DNA from: Spirochaetia bacterium
GTDB lineage: Bacteria; Spirochaetota; Spirochaetia; SZUA-6; Bin103
Assembly: GCA_965203905.1 (NCBI GenBank)
Contig: CBDBDQ010000005.1
Coordinates: 1,504,001-1,568,000, forward strand
Length of the DNA: 64,000 nt
Reading direction: 5' to 3'
Below, one piece after another: positions 63,323-64,000 of the stretch. The translations under genes were made by a program, and so were the position numbers. Position 1 is the first letter of the stretch. Every line of letters begins with the position of its first letter. The notes under the pieces were generated by a model, which saw only the letters and a program-made list of their open reading frames with translations, ran no database searches and was not told the DNA's origin.

Positions 63323-64000
63323 TCAGCCGCGGGCGCGCAGGGCCTGCAGCACGCTGTCGTCGTGGCGCCACTTCTTGCGCACCTTGACCCTCAGGTCGAC
63401 AGTCACCCGGCGGCCGAAGATGGCGCGCAGCTGGGCCTCCGCGCCACGGCGGATTTCGGCGATGCCGGCACCGCGCCGGCCCACCACGATTCCGACCTGG
63501 CTCGGGCGCTCCACCCAGATGGTGGCGCGCGCCCACAGGCCGCCGGGGCGCGGCTCCAGGTCCAGCACCTCGACGTACAGTGCGTGCGGGACCTCGGCGC
63601 GGGTACGCCGGAACACCAGCTCGCGGACGATTTCGGCGACCCGGAAGTCGGGACTCTGATCGGTATAGACGTCCGCAGGGTAGTGCAGGTCGCCGCGCGG
63701 GCTCAGTTCCAGCAGCCGCGCCACCAGCCGTCCGACTCCGGCGCCGGTGAGTGCCGAAACCGGGTGCAGCTCATCGATGCCGGCCGCGTGAACTGCCTGT
63801 GCCATGGCGCGGGCAGCGTCGCGGGGCGCTTTCAGATCCACCTTGTTGCGCGCCGCCACGCATGGACCTGAAAAACCGCGCGCCGCGGTCAGCACGGCAT
63901 GGTCCTCGGGCCCGAACGGGCGCCCGGAATCGAACACCAGCAACAGCAGGTCGACCTCGCCGGCAACCGACAGCGCCACGTCGCGCAGCACGAGGTTCAT
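63323..64000 (-). CDS. era: GTPase Era (5' part outside window)
   Basis: NKVD, VSALTG, EIVRE, EVPHA, SQVGIVVG KH domain, VKVRKKWR. Confidence 0.94.
   Translation of the reverse strand: MNLVLRDVALSVAGEVDLLLLVFDSGRPFGPEDHAVLTAARGFSGPCVAARNKVDLKAPRDAARAMAQAVHAAGIDELHPVSALTGAGVGRLVARLLELSPRGDLHYPADVYTDQSPDFRVAEIVRELVFRRTRAEVPHALYVEVLDLEPRPGGLWARATIWVERPSQVGIVVGRRGAGIAEIRRGAEAQLRAIFGRRVTVDLRVKVRKKWRHDDSVLQALRARG

Overview
High-GC bacterial chromosome segment near the replication origin, very probably Spirochaetota. Lineage markers are overlapping rpmH/rnpA with an L34 ending SVSDEKKPY, DnaX starting MAYEVTA, class I LysRS, long archaeal-type PheRS alpha and tRNA-Arg(GCG). Most of the window is core genes: recF-dciA-rpmH-rnpA-yidD-yidC-jag, gyrBA, parAB, a Ser/Arg tRNA cluster with SRP RNA, dnaX-ybaB-recR, gatCAB-aspS, an aroF-pheA fusion, pheST, nadE, lysS-rpiA-mnmA, rrf2-cysHDN-cobA/hemD and era. 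Two accessory zones stand out. (1) 9.2-11.2 kb holds an AT-rich two-gene insert, then a small single-motif LAGLIDADG-like ORF. Its start codon lies inside one of two 30-bp parS-like direct repeats, and a ~128-nt nested hairpin follows it directly upstream of parA. This is the best candidate for an undescribed system. (2) 40.4-49.6 kb is a TA/defence-like hotspot. It contains an ABC/AAA ATPase flanked by duplicated vapB sequence, HEPN-MNT remnants, an HD-hydrolase plus YwgA-like pair, a 2.2-kb three-gene serine-recombinase element with terminal inverted repeats, and a DUF4145-like fusion. Also notable are a structured ~200-nt gyrB leader and a tRNA-Arg(CCT) ending 1 nt before the nadE start codon. 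All calls come from reading motifs by eye; no searches or folding programs were run.
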